From: a virus
Lineage: Duplodnaviria > Caudoviricetes
Direction: 5' to 3' (one strand)
Length of the DNA stretch: 64,000 nt
IMG/VR virus record: IMGVR_UViG_3300021403_000006
Coordinates: 1,139-65,138 of that record
Below, piece after piece: positions 1-10,205 of the stretch. A program made the position numbers and the translations under genes. How positions within the stretch are numbered: position 1 is the first letter of the stretch; each line of letters starts with the position of its first letter. The notes under the pieces are model-generated. The model was not told the DNA's origin, ran no database searches, and was given only the letters and a program-made list of their open reading frames with translations.

Positions 1-87
1 TACCATCACCTGTTGGAAAAATCAAGTGGGTGGGGAAGGGTTGAAAAAATGGCAGAGGCAGAGCGAGCAAGGTAGGAGGCCAACATT

Positions 88-513
88 ATGTCGCCAGCGG
101 CGGTGCGGGTACGAGGGGCCGACACAACCGACGATGCCTTCGTGCGGTGCCGGACGTATAGCCACGCCTGGGATGAGTTCTATCCGATCGACATGGAAGC
201 GCCCTGGTACGGCTGGCGGTTGTCGCTCCGATGCATGCGCTGCGGCACAGAGCGCCACGACAACATCGCCCACGGCACCGGCCAGATGATGGGGCGGCGT
301 TACATGTACCCGGAGGGCTACCAGAACAAGGGCGAGGATCGCCCCACCAAGGAAGTGTTCCGGGAGGAGTTGTTCGAACGACTGCGCTCCCAGCTTGAGG
401 AGCATGCCGCCGTGGGCGGCAAGACTCCCGAAAACGGGGACACCAAGGTGACTCCGATCACCAAGAAGGCCACCGCTACCACAACCAAGAAAACCGTCAG
501 GAAGAGAGCTTGA
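88..513 (+). CDS. Zn-binding hypothetical protein with basic tail
   Basis: AGGAGG RBS upstream; CxxxxH(AW)...CxxC; Lys/Thr-rich C-terminus. Confidence 0.75.
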   Translation: MSPAAVRVRGADTTDDAFVRCRTYSHAWDEFYPIDMEAPWYGWRLSLRCMRCGTERHDNIAHGTGQMMGRRYMYPEGYQNKGEDRPTKEVFREELFERLRSQLEEHAAVGGKTPENGDTKVTPITKKATATTTKKTVRKRA

Positions 514-1367
514 GTCCAACTCGTAAAACCACGCCTAAAGAGAATGAGACCGTCGAGATTGAGACCGTCACACCCGAAATGGCCCAGGACTGGCTTCAGG
601 GCAACGTCGATAACCGCAAGCTGCGAGAGACCAGGGTTCTCTATTTGGCCCGGCTGTTGACGCTCAATGAGTGGGAACTGACCGGCGACGCCATCGTCTT
701 CGATGAACAGGGCGTGCTGATCAACGGCCAGCACCGTCTGACCGCTTTGGTCGTCGCCAAGACCCCGGCTCGGTTCCTGATCCTACGGGGGGTCCCCTCC
801 GCGGCGCAGGAGGTCATGGATCAGGGACTGAGTCGGAACCTGGGCGACCAGCTTCACCGTCGCGGCGTCAAGTACGCCAACGTGGTAGCGGGCGCGCTGC
901 ACTGGCTCTTCCAGATGAGCTACATCGAGGAGACCGGCAACGTCCACTACTCCGATCCCTCCATGCGACCCTCCCTGCGTGAGCTTCTCCACCTCTACGA
1001 GGCCAACACGGATCTCCCCGACGAGGCCCCCCGGCTGGGCAAGCTGGTGTACTACACCAAGGTCCGGCACGGGCCAACGCTGGCCCTCTACCACCGGCTC
1101 CTGGCCGTCGATGCCGAGGACGCCGAGGTGTTCTTCAAGAACTGGCAGGAGGGCACCGAACTGAACAAGAACGATCCCATCTGGCGGCTGCGGGAGTGGA
1201 CGCTCAGCGACTCCCGCACCCGTGCCACCAGTGGGCGCGCCCCGACCTACCGCTATATGGCCCTGGCCCTCAAGGCCTGGAACTTCTGGCGGGAAGGCAT
1301 GCAGATCGGAAAACTGACCTGGCACTTCTCTTCCACCAAACGGGAGCCATGGCCGACACCCCACTAG
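510..1367 (+). CDS. ParB/Srx-like (DGQHR-type) domain protein
   Basis: NR...W...AIVFD..G.LINGQHRLTA motif. Confidence 0.75.
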   Translation: MSPTRKTTPKENETVEIETVTPEMAQDWLQGNVDNRKLRETRVLYLARLLTLNEWELTGDAIVFDEQGVLINGQHRLTALVVAKTPARFLILRGVPSAAQEVMDQGLSRNLGDQLHRRGVKYANVVAGALHWLFQMSYIEETGNVHYSDPSMRPSLRELLHLYEANTDLPDEAPRLGKLVYYTKVRHGPTLALYHRLLAVDAEDAEVFFKNWQEGTELNKNDPIWRLREWTLSDSRTRATSGRAPTYRYMALALKAWNFWREGMQIGKLTWHFSSTKREPWPTPH

Positions 1368-2407
1368 ATGGTGTGCTGGGGCATATCATTGAGAACAATC
1401 CGATCAGCGGCGCGCCGCAGATCGAGGGTGAGGCCTTCGGCAAGGTCAACAAGTCCACCGAGTTCCTCCAGGCCCTGCGGCCCGCCGACGTAGTACACGT
1501 CCGGGAGCAACTGCTGCGCTGGTGGTCGCAGCCGGGTGAGTGGCAGTGGCGTTTCGCTCTCCAGGGACGGAGGAAGTTACCGGGCTGGGGTGAGAATCGC
1601 AGCGAAGAGGCCGAGGGGGCGCGCTGGTGGATAGCCGACACCATTAGGAAGGCGGAGTTGTACTGGGTGTCGCCGGAGATGACCGAGGTGATCACCACCC
1701 TGGCCCCCTCTATTCCTGACACGCTGCCCCAACCGCCAGTTCCTGACGCTTTCGTGATGTTCACCAAGTCCGTCCCCGGCACCGACGCCGAGACCGGGGA
1801 CATGATCTACACCAGCGCCTTCCTGTGGGGCACAGCCAATCTGTACCGGATTGGTGAGGTGGTGGCGCTGGAGACCTACGCCTGGCGGGATCTGGTCCAG
1901 TTGTACCAGGGCCTACCGGAGAAGCTCCAGGATCGGTTCCGGGAGATCTACCCGATGCGGTTGATGCCGACCGGAGGTTCGGAGTGGCCGCTCGACGTCG
2001 AGACCTCCGACTTCGACAAGCTGCCCTCCGACGAGCCGCTCATGCAGCAGTCCATCCTGGAGGACCGCAAGCTGCTCTCGACGTTCTGGGCGCTGGCCTC
2101 GCAGAGGATCGTGCTTGAGACCCTGGAGCAGCCTGGGGGCCGTCAGGCCATGCGCCGGGCGCAACGAGAGGGGCGCAAGCTGGACGAGGTTCGTGTGATC
2201 CGGCTACGGGAACCCGCCACCCGCAGCCGTGGCGATGCTGGCTCGGATGTGGAGTGGTCCCATCGGTGGATCGTCGGCAAGCACTGGCGTAACCAGTGGT
2301 ACCCCGCATCCGGCCAGCACCGCCCCAAGATCATCGAGGCGTACCAGAAGGGACCAGCAGATAAGCCCCTGGTGGTCAGGGAGACGGTGCGGGCGCTGGT
2401 GAGGTGA
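1349..2407 (+). CDS. Phage hypothetical protein with C-terminal HRWIVxxHWRNQWY motif
   Basis: ATG at 1349 after GGGAG, in frame with the 1196 ORF; C-terminal HWRxQ..H...KGP motif. Confidence 0.7.
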   Translation: MADTPLDGVLGHIIENNPISGAPQIEGEAFGKVNKSTEFLQALRPADVVHVREQLLRWWSQPGEWQWRFALQGRRKLPGWGENRSEEAEGARWWIADTIRKAELYWVSPEMTEVITTLAPSIPDTLPQPPVPDAFVMFTKSVPGTDAETGDMIYTSAFLWGTANLYRIGEVVALETYAWRDLVQLYQGLPEKLQDRFREIYPMRLMPTGGSEWPLDVETSDFDKLPSDEPLMQQSILEDRKLLSTFWALASQRIVLETLEQPGGRQAMRRAQREGRKLDEVRVIRLREPATRSRGDAGSDVEWSHRWIVGKHWRNQWYPASGQHRPKIIEAYQKGPADKPLVVRETVRALVR

Positions 2408-2560
2408 ATGTACTCTCCGCTCATAGCTAGTTGGTTTCGCATGACCTATTGCGCCAAGTGTGGAGACACCAGGGCCGACCATGTGACAGACCGGCGTTGC
2501 ACGGTGGAGGGGTGTAACTGCAAGCGCTTCACCAGGGTGAGACTGGAAGTGGTGAGATGA
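2408..2560 (+). CDS. Small Zn-finger protein, 50 aa (not in ORF track)
   Basis: Hand translation MYSPL...CAKCGDTRADH...CTVEGCNCKRF; ATGA overlap with next gene; alternative start 2441. Confidence 0.65.
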   Translation: MYSPLIASWFRMTYCAKCGDTRADHVTDRRCTVEGCNCKRFTRVRLEVVR

Positions 2561-2856
2561 GGCGCTTGATGAAGCTCAACATCGTTCTGGGCGGCGTGGC
2601 CGGGGCGCTGGCTGGTCTGTGCCTGGCGTTGGGCTACTACATCGAATCCCTCACCCTGGTCATTGTCATGCTCAACTGCTGCGCCGCGCCCTTCTTCTGG
2701 AAGCGGGCCTTCCAGGTGGGTTGGCTGAAGGGCCGTCAGGCCATGCTCAACTCCATGGCCGAGGCCACCCGGCGGCAGATGGGCTTGATCGATTGGGTCG
2801 AGGCCGAGATGGAGCGCGACGGCTTCGTGGTCCTGCGAGAGCGTCCCGATGACTGA
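2557..2856 (+). CDS. Membrane protein
   Basis: Two N-terminal hydrophobic segments. Confidence 0.7.
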   Translation: MRRLMKLNIVLGGVAGALAGLCLALGYYIESLTLVIVMLNCCAAPFFWKRAFQVGWLKGRQAMLNSMAEATRRQMGLIDWVEAEMERDGFVVLRERPDD

Positions 2857-3055
2857 CTACGCACGCCCGGTTGATGCTGATCATGCCCTCCTGGTCGGTG
2901 CCTTGATGGGTGCCGTCATGAACGCCAGAGTGGAAGGCTTCGATTACACGGTGCAGCCCCTGGATGACGAGGAGGGCAACCACCTGGCGACGTTTGCGAT
3001 CACCGCACCTTCAGGGCGCTACTTCGTCCAGGTGGTGAAAGTTGCCCCTGAGTAA
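2849..3055 (+). CDS. Hypothetical protein
   Basis: Coupled ORF with GC3-biased codons. Confidence 0.6.
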   Translation: MTDYARPVDADHALLVGALMGAVMNARVEGFDYTVQPLDDEEGNHLATFAITAPSGRYFVQVVKVAPE

Positions 3056-3506
3056 CCTGCCCGGCCCCTGGCGCTGGGAGGTTCGCAACGGGCTGTGGTG
3101 GCGGATCCACGACCAGCTACGGATCGAGGACGGCCCCCACACCTGGAACGAACTTAACGTCGGCCTGGGTGGCTTCGGTGATGCCCACGGCAAGGTCTAC
3201 GACCGCCAGGGTGAACCGATCCCGATCAGGGTCTACGAGGAATACCTGGCCGACCCGGACTACAAGATCGTCCAGCAGGACGTGTTCGTCTACGAGGGCG
3301 AGCCAGTACAGGTCTCCACGGTGTGGCTGGGCCTGGACCACAACTGGTGGCCCCATGGTCCTCGCAAGATCTTTGAGACCATGATCTTCGGCGGCATCCA
3401 TGACCTGGAGCAGTGGCGCTACGACACGGAGGAAAATGCCAGGCACGGTCATTCTGAGGTGGTGGCTCTGCTACAGCTAGAGCAAGCCAACAAGGAGGAC
3501 CCGTGA
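3042..3506 (+). CDS. Phage hypothetical protein (VSTVWLGLDH...FETMIF type)
   Basis: Motif VSTVWLGLDHN...IFETMIFGG...RY....A..GH. Confidence 0.7.
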   Translation: MPLSNLPGPWRWEVRNGLWWRIHDQLRIEDGPHTWNELNVGLGGFGDAHGKVYDRQGEPIPIRVYEEYLADPDYKIVQQDVFVYEGEPVQVSTVWLGLDHNWWPHGPRKIFETMIFGGIHDLEQWRYDTEENARHGHSEVVALLQLEQANKEDP

Positions 3507-3781
3507 GCATGAGCCAAATGACCTACAGCACCGGTAACACCGGCATCACATTGGTGCCCACCGATTCGGAGCGCATCACCACACCCAAGGGCCTTTTGGT
3601 CACCAGGGCCATCCAGATGAAGAACGGCTGGGTGGGCCAGATCATCATCGACAAGACCATCGTGTGGGAAGGCACGCCGGAGGAGGACGAGCGCGATGCC
3701 ACACAGCAAGCAACGCAGCGTGTCGTGGAGCGGCTAATGGCCATCTTCTCCGACGACGCCGATCTCGGCCCCGTGGATTGA
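3503..3781 (+). CDS. Hypothetical protein
   Basis: AGGAGG RBS; GTGA overlap. Confidence 0.65.
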   Translation: MSMSQMTYSTGNTGITLVPTDSERITTPKGLLVTRAIQMKNGWVGQIIIDKTIVWEGTPEEDERDATQQATQRVVERLMAIFSDDADLGPVD

Positions 3782-4314
3782 GCTACCGGGAGACCTACGA
3801 GAACCTGTGCGTCCTCCTGGAGGAGTACGCCGACGCCGACACCGAGACGGTGGCGGAACAGGCCCTGGCCATGCTCGCCCTCACAGGTGAGGACCTTCTG
3901 GAGTCTCTAGACCCACCACCGGGATTGCAGACCTGGCTGCACTCTCACGGGGTCTCTCTCGTGGCCACCGTCGAGGCCAGGTCTCCCCGTGTCTGGGGGG
4001 TCCTCCAGGCCGAGGGGGACGAGGAAGTGGAGGAGGAAGAAGCGTTTGACGGCCTGGAGGAACGGCAGCCGGATATGGGGCCGTCCCTCCAGGTCGGGGA
4101 CTTCGTAGATTACAGGACTGCGCCCAGCGGCCCCCACAGCCAGAGTCAGATCGGTTCGGGCCGGGTCAACGCCATCACCAGCGAGGGCTGGGTCATCGTG
4201 CAGGACAGCCCGACCCATGAGCAGTGGCTGAACCCTGAAGCCGGTGACTTTATCCGGCAAGTGCGGACTCCCGAACTCTCTCCTCAACAAAGCGTTCAAG
4301 CTCCCCCATTGTGA
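3778..4314 (+). CDS. Acidic hypothetical protein with possible SH3/KOW-like C-terminus
   Basis: TTGA overlap at 3778; LQVGDFVDY...GRV...WVIV pattern. Confidence 0.55.
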   Translation: MSYRETYENLCVLLEEYADADTETVAEQALAMLALTGEDLLESLDPPPGLQTWLHSHGVSLVATVEARSPRVWGVLQAEGDEEVEEEEAFDGLEERQPDMGPSLQVGDFVDYRTAPSGPHSQSQIGSGRVNAITSEGWVIVQDSPTHEQWLNPEAGDFIRQVRTPELSPQQSVQAPPL

Positions 4315-4546
4315 ACAATGACCTGGTCCCGATTTTCACCGGGTGGATCTGCTTCAAATGGATGAGGCGATACAGCATTTGTTTGCTGATCTTGCCCAAG
4401 ATGAAACATGCGTCGGCCACGTTGTAGAGCAGCGGGGTGGGCTTCCACTCCTGCTCCTTGGCCTCTTCAGCGTCGACCTCAGCGTCTGTCTCCGTCTCGG
4501 CTTCGGGTTCAGCCGAGGCGACTCTGCGGACCAGCTTGCGGGGCAT
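4250..4546 (-). CDS. Excisionase-like HTH DNA-binding protein
   Basis: LLYNVADACFILGKISKQMLYRLI...PVKIGTRSLF...LERFV. Confidence 0.8.
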   Translation of the reverse strand: MPRKLVRRVASAEPEAETETDAEVDAEEAKEQEWKPTPLLYNVADACFILGKISKQMLYRLIHLKQIHPVKIGTRSLFTMGELERFVEERVRESALAG

Positions 4547-5547
4547 CAGCGCGCCCTCACCAGGCGGCGGGGCCGGGACGCCTCCGGCTCCTCGACCGGC
4601 ATCGGCTGCTCCGGCAGGGCGTTGAACACGAGGCCCTCGACGGTCTTGCCCAGGTTGGTCAGGAACTCGTCCAGCACGTCATGCAGCCGCCCAGGGAAGC
4701 GGTCGATGGTCTCCACAAGCTCCCGTATGGCCCTGGTGTCCTCGGTGATCGGACCGGCTGACTCGACCGACACAGAGACCACCTCGGTCACCACGGCGAC
4801 CTCTGGGGCCTGTGGGGTCTCCTCAGGCGTATCTGGGGCCTCGTCAGGCTCTGCGTCGCCCTGGGCCTCCATGATCTCCTCGATCATGGCGGCGGAGGAC
4901 TTGCGGGGCGGCAGGCCCAGCTTGAGGGCGATGTCCTTGATGTCGGCCCGGCTCAGCTTCTCCAGGTCGGATCGGGCGTAGATGGGAAGCTCCTCCTCAT
5001 CTGCTTCAGCTTCCTTCTCTACGGACTCGACGTCGAGAACGCCCTGGGCGGGCGCAGCCTGCTCGGTGTTCTCCTCCTCGTTCTCTGCGATGGGTGCATT
5101 GCCGTCTGTGAGGTCCCTGACGTCTATACCGGCGTCCAGGAACTTCCCGACGATCTCGCCCAGGTCCTCCTCACGGTCCTTGTCCCACAAGACCTCCAAT
5201 ATCGCCGTGGGGGAATCGGACAGGATCTGCTCCATCTGCACGAACACATCGGCGACGTGATAGGTCTTGGCCGCGTCACCAGCGATCTCGGTGAAGCGCC
5301 GCCGTCCTTTGTCCGCGGTACCGGTGATGACCTCGTAGGTGATGTCGGACTGCTTGGCCATGTCGACCAGTTCTTCCATGGTGTCGGAGAACTCGTCGGT
5401 GGTGAGGGGGAAGACGAACCGGACGGCATCATCCTCACTCGTGATGCTGGCCTCAATGAACTCCTCGATCAGGTCGGTCGCGTTGTCGACGTCCATCGTC
5501 CCGGTTCCGAGAAACCCGATCGTCACCCCCTCTGCCTTTTGCGCCAT
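4546..5547 (-). CDS. Acidic protein: Rossmann/SLOG-like N-domain plus Rho_N/HEH-like helical domain
   Basis: IGFLGTG...VLWD...AGIDVRDL; LEKLSRADIKDIA..LGL....S.A.MIEEI; AGGAGGAG RBS. Confidence 0.6.
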   Translation of the reverse strand: MAQKAEGVTIGFLGTGTMDVDNATDLIEEFIEASITSEDDAVRFVFPLTTDEFSDTMEELVDMAKQSDITYEVITGTADKGRRRFTEIAGDAAKTYHVADVFVQMEQILSDSPTAILEVLWDKDREEDLGEIVGKFLDAGIDVRDLTDGNAPIAENEEENTEQAAPAQGVLDVESVEKEAEADEEELPIYARSDLEKLSRADIKDIALKLGLPPRKSSAAMIEEIMEAQGDAEPDEAPDTPEETPQAPEVAVVTEVVSVSVESAGPITEDTRAIRELVETIDRFPGRLHDVLDEFLTNLGKTVEGLVFNALPEQPMPVEEPEASRPRRLVRAR

Positions 5548-5632
5548 GGTTGGCTCCTCCTGTGTGAACTCGTGGAGTCACTCTTAGTCCTCCCAGCGTC
5601 GGTTTGTGCCGGTCTGCGGAAAGTTCCTGGGA

Positions 5633-5669
5633 GAAAAAAGACGGTGCCCCTGGGGTGGAAGGGGCACCG
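5633..5669 (-). terminator. Intrinsic terminator of the leftward baseplate operon
   Basis: Stem CGGTGCCCCT/AGGGGCACCG followed on the minus strand by a T run. Confidence 0.8.
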
Positions 5670-5746
5670 CCTTGACGTCACCGGCTGTGAAAGGTGATGC
5701 AAGGGGACTGTATAACGATCAGGTACTAGAAGGCAAGGACTCCCTC

Positions 5747-6055
5747 TTAACGGCGACGGCCACGGGTCTTATCCATGACTGCCGTTATCATGTTGTCTCT
5801 GTGGCTTCGTAGGACTGTATCGGTGGCGTGCAACAAGGCTGCAAGTCCAGATGCGCCCAGAGCGATCAGTACCTTTGTGTCGATGCTGCGGTGGGCCACC
5901 AGCACCGTCAGTACCCCACAGCAACACAGGTTGACGAGGGTCTTCCACCAGGCCACCTGGTGCAGCCCGATCCGCCGAGTGACCTCCTTGTACACCTCGG
6001 TCAGCTTCATGGACCCGAACCCGATGAGCAGCGCGTAACCCAGATCAGCACCCAT
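5747..6055 (-). CDS. Small membrane protein, holin-like
   Basis: About three hydrophobic helices, basic C-terminus, TGATG coupling. Confidence 0.55.
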   Translation of the reverse strand: MGADLGYALLIGFGSMKLTEVYKEVTRRIGLHQVAWWKTLVNLCCCGVLTVLVAHRSIDTKVLIALGASGLAALLHATDTVLRSHRDNMITAVMDKTRGRRR

Positions 6056-8607
6056 CAGGACGGCGTGGCCAGCAGGGTGCTGGTGCCTTGGAGGGCGATG
6101 GCCGGGTGGACCCACTGGGTGGGATCGAGCGGGGCCAGGGATGCCTCGGCTCCGAAGATCTCGGTGTGGCTGCTTCCCATGGGTATCCAGCGGTAAAGCT
6201 CGGACTCCAGTCGTTGGATCCTGGGGACCCGGCGACGGTAGTAATAGGTGGCCCCGTGGGAGTCCTCTAGATAGTCAGAATCTCCAGGGAACATGCTGAT
6301 GTCCATATAGGGCGGAGTGGACTGTCCCGGTGCCAGCATGGCCGAGTTCAGAAGGAAGATAGCGTTCTGTGCATACGGGAATCGCACGAACGGATACATG
6401 CTGATTGGTTGCGCGCCGGTAATGGGTTCAGTGGGAGGATCCGCCATCCAGTACTGCGAGGGGTCATTCGGTGGGCACGAGTAGCGGGTCAACGTGGTCG
6501 TCAAGGTGTAGGTGGAGAACACCTCGACGTAGGTGTTGTCCGGGTAATACCACCGAAAGCCAATCAGCATGACCGCGTTGGAAGGATCTGTGACGGCGAG
6601 GTAGTCGGCGTAGACACTGAAGTTGAATGGCTGGAACGCCGGAACCGAGAAGGGACCCAGGTTGCCGTTGAGTGGGGGCTGGGCGGCGGCGGGGAACCAG
6701 TTCCCCTGACTGGTGGGCGCTCCGATGGAGAAGTAGTTGTTGTTCATGGCGAACCATCCCATGGTGGGATCGAGCCATGTGCGAGCCGGGTTGACGAGGA
6801 CCTCGCCGGGGAACCAGTCGCCCTTATCGTTCGGCAATGCCCAGGCGGTAGACGGATTGGTGATCCAGCCCTTGGGGATCGTGGGTAGTGGGGTCGTCCA
6901 GGCGTTGACCAGACCGAACCACACCATGGCGTTCGGTGCGGCGGCGGCGACCTGGAGCGACCCGACACCATTCACGGCGGCTGGGGCCAAGTCCTCGGCA
7001 CTCACGTAGTGGATGTTGAGACCGCAAGTGAAGTTCACCGACGATTGCTGTGGATTGACCGCCGGACTGATCCCATCGAACCCATTAGCGAAATCGGTCA
7101 GCGTGTTGGACAGCAGGTTCGCTGACTGGGGACTGAGGATGACCTTGACGTCACGGGGGTAGTCGTAGGGCGTGGTACCCGTGTTGACGCCGATGTCGCC
7201 CGGCGTGCAGGGCCACAGACCCATGAGGGTCACATAGTCGGCCTCGTTGGCCAAAGCGCCGACGATATGAATGACTGGGTAGATGTGGTAGAAGGCGGCT
7301 TGCTTACCCGGACCGTTGGGGTACGGGTTGATGGGGGCGGTGACCGTCATGATGGTCCAGTGCCCTGCTGTCCCGGTGAAGGCCGTCTCCCCCACGATCT
7401 GAACGGCTACGCCATTACCGACATCACCCCAGACTGACAGCCGCACCGATCGAGCCGCGCTGCACCAGAACTGGACCCGCCAGGTCACGAAGCCGGGTCC
7501 GTAGGTCTGGGACATAAAGTCGGTGATGGGTACACGAGCCGTGGTGACCCAACGATCGCCCGTCCCGGTGGCCGCGATCCGTATGCCGCTGTTGTTGTAG
7601 GTCGGATTGGGGCCGGGCTGGAAGCCGGGATAGGTCTCCAACGGATTGGTCATCCCAGTAATCGACCCGCTCAGCAGATTGGGGATCTGGGTGATGGTCA
7701 GACCGGCGGCGTTGACTGGGTTGGGGGGCGGGAAGTGGGTGACCGCCGGAGGCCAGACCTGCCAGGTGCCGATCGAGGTCTCACCGATGCTGTCATCACG
7801 GCAGAGCATCACGTTGTAGCCGTGGTGCGCCAGCGCGGCCATGGGGTAGCTGGTCAGGATCGAGCAGAACTCGCTGATGCCTCGTGGGCTTCCCTTGAGC
7901 TTATAGAGGTGGATGGCGTTGCTGATCAGCGTGCGTTCCTGTTGCATGCCGATCTCTGGCTCATTCTGGAGGCCAAGCTGCTGGGCCATCAGCGGCAAGA
8001 GCGCGCCGGAGCAGTTCATGGGATCGTTGAGACTCATCAGCGACTCAAGCTCGGTGCGGATGAAGTCCACCTGGAAGCCCAGCAGTGACAGGAAGCGCTG
8101 TAGAGGAGGTTGGGGGTTGTTGACCGGCCACGGGTTGTAGGGGTCCACCAGAACGGCGTCCTGGTCCCGATACGCCATGGGTAGCAGGCTGTACAAGCGG
8201 AAGCCGTAGCCCCAGTTGATGGGCACCAGGGCGATCAGATCGGTGCAGCGAATCCACTCCTGGCTACTGTTGGACCAGCCCCACATCGTGTAGTAGTAGA
8301 AACCACTGCCCAGGCCGGTGTCAGTGAGGTTGGCGGGCCGACCGACCGATTCCGAAAAGGTGGGCGTGGTGGTCGTATCCCCCCACAGGTACGTGCCGTC
8401 ATCCTCATCCTGAGGAAGGTTGTGGGCGTTGCGGACGAGGCGCAGATAGGTGCAGTCGGTTGAGTTCGGCTTCTGCCAGGTCAAGTGAAGGGTGGAATAG
8501 TCCAGCGCCATCGCCTGGAACGGGTCCACAGAGAAGTCGGGGCGAACCAGGCTGGGGTCGCGGCCGAAGCGAGCCTGCCCATAGACATCGATTCCGTAGA
8601 TACCCAC
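6055..8607 (-). CDS. Tail/baseplate protein with P2 gpI-like domain
   Basis: LYSLLP..YR..D...LQRFL...LLPLMA..LG...AIHLYKLKGS..G motif; FnIII-like N-terminus. Confidence 0.8.
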   Translation of the reverse strand: MGIYGIDVYGQARFGRDPSLVRPDFSVDPFQAMALDYSTLHLTWQKPNSTDCTYLRLVRNAHNLPQDEDDGTYLWGDTTTTPTFSESVGRPANLTDTGLGSGFYYYTMWGWSNSSQEWIRCTDLIALVPINWGYGFRLYSLLPMAYRDQDAVLVDPYNPWPVNNPQPPLQRFLSLLGFQVDFIRTELESLMSLNDPMNCSGALLPLMAQQLGLQNEPEIGMQQERTLISNAIHLYKLKGSPRGISEFCSILTSYPMAALAHHGYNVMLCRDDSIGETSIGTWQVWPPAVTHFPPPNPVNAAGLTITQIPNLLSGSITGMTNPLETYPGFQPGPNPTYNNSGIRIAATGTGDRWVTTARVPITDFMSQTYGPGFVTWRVQFWCSAARSVRLSVWGDVGNGVAVQIVGETAFTGTAGHWTIMTVTAPINPYPNGPGKQAAFYHIYPVIHIVGALANEADYVTLMGLWPCTPGDIGVNTGTTPYDYPRDVKVILSPQSANLLSNTLTDFANGFDGISPAVNPQQSSVNFTCGLNIHYVSAEDLAPAAVNGVGSLQVAAAAPNAMVWFGLVNAWTTPLPTIPKGWITNPSTAWALPNDKGDWFPGEVLVNPARTWLDPTMGWFAMNNNYFSIGAPTSQGNWFPAAAQPPLNGNLGPFSVPAFQPFNFSVYADYLAVTDPSNAVMLIGFRWYYPDNTYVEVFSTYTLTTTLTRYSCPPNDPSQYWMADPPTEPITGAQPISMYPFVRFPYAQNAIFLLNSAMLAPGQSTPPYMDISMFPGDSDYLEDSHGATYYYRRRVPRIQRLESELYRWIPMGSSHTEIFGAEASLAPLDPTQWVHPAIALQGTSTLLATPS

Positions 8608-9456
8608 TCAGACCCCCACAGCCATCCACGTCAACGCGACGTAAGCCTGGCGGTCGACCACGATGTCCTCGATGAACTGGATCATGGCTCCCTGGTTGCT
8701 GAGTGATAGGAGAGTCAACTGGTCTTCCATGTACTGGAAGGTGTACCAGCCCAGCATGCTCTCTCCAGGGAAGGGATTCTTCATGAACACGAAGGTGAGG
8801 AGTCCGGAGAAACGAGCAGCGCTGAAGTCGATCCAGGCGTTGCCGTTCGCATCAGTCAGCCCATAGAAGCGCCCGCCGGTCATACGATAACGCTGCGGGG
8901 CTGGCCCCGTGATGGGGTGTGCCGACCTCCCGTTGAGTGTCGACTGAATGATCGAGCGCACCTGAGGGGCAGTCAGGTAGCCAGCGCCCTGAGCCTGGGA
9001 CAGAGTGGCCAGATGGTTGCCAGCGGTGGCGTTCTTTCCTCTGACGGCGGCGGAGAAACCTCGTGCGCCGTCTGCCCGCACGTACTGCGTATGGACGTCG
9101 GCGTTGTTCCCGCTGAGTTGGGCGTGAACGTGATTGTGAGAGGGCGGTGGGGTCGGATAGATGGCGTTGTTGCTTGTGTCGATGCGCCCGGAAGACTTGT
9201 TGTTGTAGAGGTACCTGATCTCCTGACCCATGGTGGTGGTACCTGGAACCACGGTGACCTTGGCTCCAGTGATCCCCATGTTCTGTTCCATGGCGAGGAC
9301 CTCGTCATGGATCTCGTTCGTGATCTTGGCCCGGTCGATGGTGAGGTCGACAGTGCTGCTCGGATTGCTCGGATCCGTCACGATGTGATTGGCATTGCCC
9401 GGCTGGTCCTGGTAGGTCAGGAACGACTTGATCGAGGACGGGTAGGACGCGGCCAT
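8608..9456 (-). CDS. Minor tail/fibre protein (paralogue of next gene)
   Basis: MAASYP...NEIHDEVLAME...HxHxH...HTQY. Confidence 0.7.
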   Translation of the reverse strand: MAASYPSSIKSFLTYQDQPGNANHIVTDPSNPSSTVDLTIDRAKITNEIHDEVLAMEQNMGITGAKVTVVPGTTTMGQEIRYLYNNKSSGRIDTSNNAIYPTPPPSHNHVHAQLSGNNADVHTQYVRADGARGFSAAVRGKNATAGNHLATLSQAQGAGYLTAPQVRSIIQSTLNGRSAHPITGPAPQRYRMTGGRFYGLTDANGNAWIDFSAARFSGLLTFVFMKNPFPGESMLGWYTFQYMEDQLTLLSLSNQGAMIQFIEDIVVDRQAYVALTWMAVGV

Positions 9457-10205
9457 CAGACCCCGATCATGATCCAGGTCAAGCTGACATGCATGTTGGG
9501 CTGCCAGGAGTAGTCATGGGAGAACTGGACGATGGCGTAGGTCCCGGCTGCCCCAACCAGAGTCACCTGGGCCTCGATCCAGTTGTAGGGCGGGCAGGGA
9601 CTGCTTCCTTGCGGGGGGATCTTGGTACACACGAAGGACTGCACGGTGCCCACCGGGGTGCCAAAGGGCACGACCACCTGACCGTTGGCGTCGGTGCAGC
9701 CAGAGAACAGCCCGCCCTGGACCTTGAAGTTCGGAGCTTGAGCCGGGCCAGCCAGTGGTGCCCCACCCGTGGCACCGGACATCAGAGTCCCCAGAGCAGC
9801 CTCCACCGCGGCTGCGACCTGGGCCGCGTTCTGGTAGCCCATGCCTTGGAGTTGACTGAGCGGGAGCAGATGCGTCCCGGTGGTAGCCCGCTGTCCGGCC
9901 ACCGGGCGGCTGAAGCCGGGGTAGCCATTGACTTGCATGTACTGCGGATGGTCGTTGCCCTGGTTGTCGTTGAGCAGAGTGCTATGCACATGGGTGTGCG
10001 TGGTGGGTGCCTTGTTGTTGTAGAGATCCTGGATCGCTCCGGCGAAGCTGGTGTACGGCGTCCCAGAAAACGGCGTGGTTCCCAGCACCTGCTCGATGGC
10101 GATCACTTCGTCATGGATCTCGTTGACCGAGTAGGCCCAGATGACGTCGGTGTAGTCGTGGAAGGTGTTGAAGACCTTCAGGGCGATGGGATAGGTCGCC
10201 GCCAT
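9456..10205 (-). CDS. Minor tail/fibre protein
   Basis: ATG at 10205; MAATYP...NEIHDEVIAIE...HTHVH...DHPQY. Confidence 0.7.
   Translation of the reverse strand: MAATYPIALKVFNTFHDYTDVIWAYSVNEIHDEVIAIEQVLGTTPFSGTPYTSFAGAIQDLYNNKAPTTHTHVHSTLLNDNQGNDHPQYMQVNGYPGFSRPVAGQRATTGTHLLPLSQLQGMGYQNAAQVAAAVEAALGTLMSGATGGAPLAGPAQAPNFKVQGGLFSGCTDANGQVVVPFGTPVGTVQSFVCTKIPPQGSSPCPPYNWIEAQVTLVGAAGTYAIVQFSHDYSWQPNMHVSLTWIMIGV

Noticed and set aside
4250-4546. Xis-like gene as evidence of a prophage boundary
   Set aside because: No integrase, att-like repeat or host genes in the window
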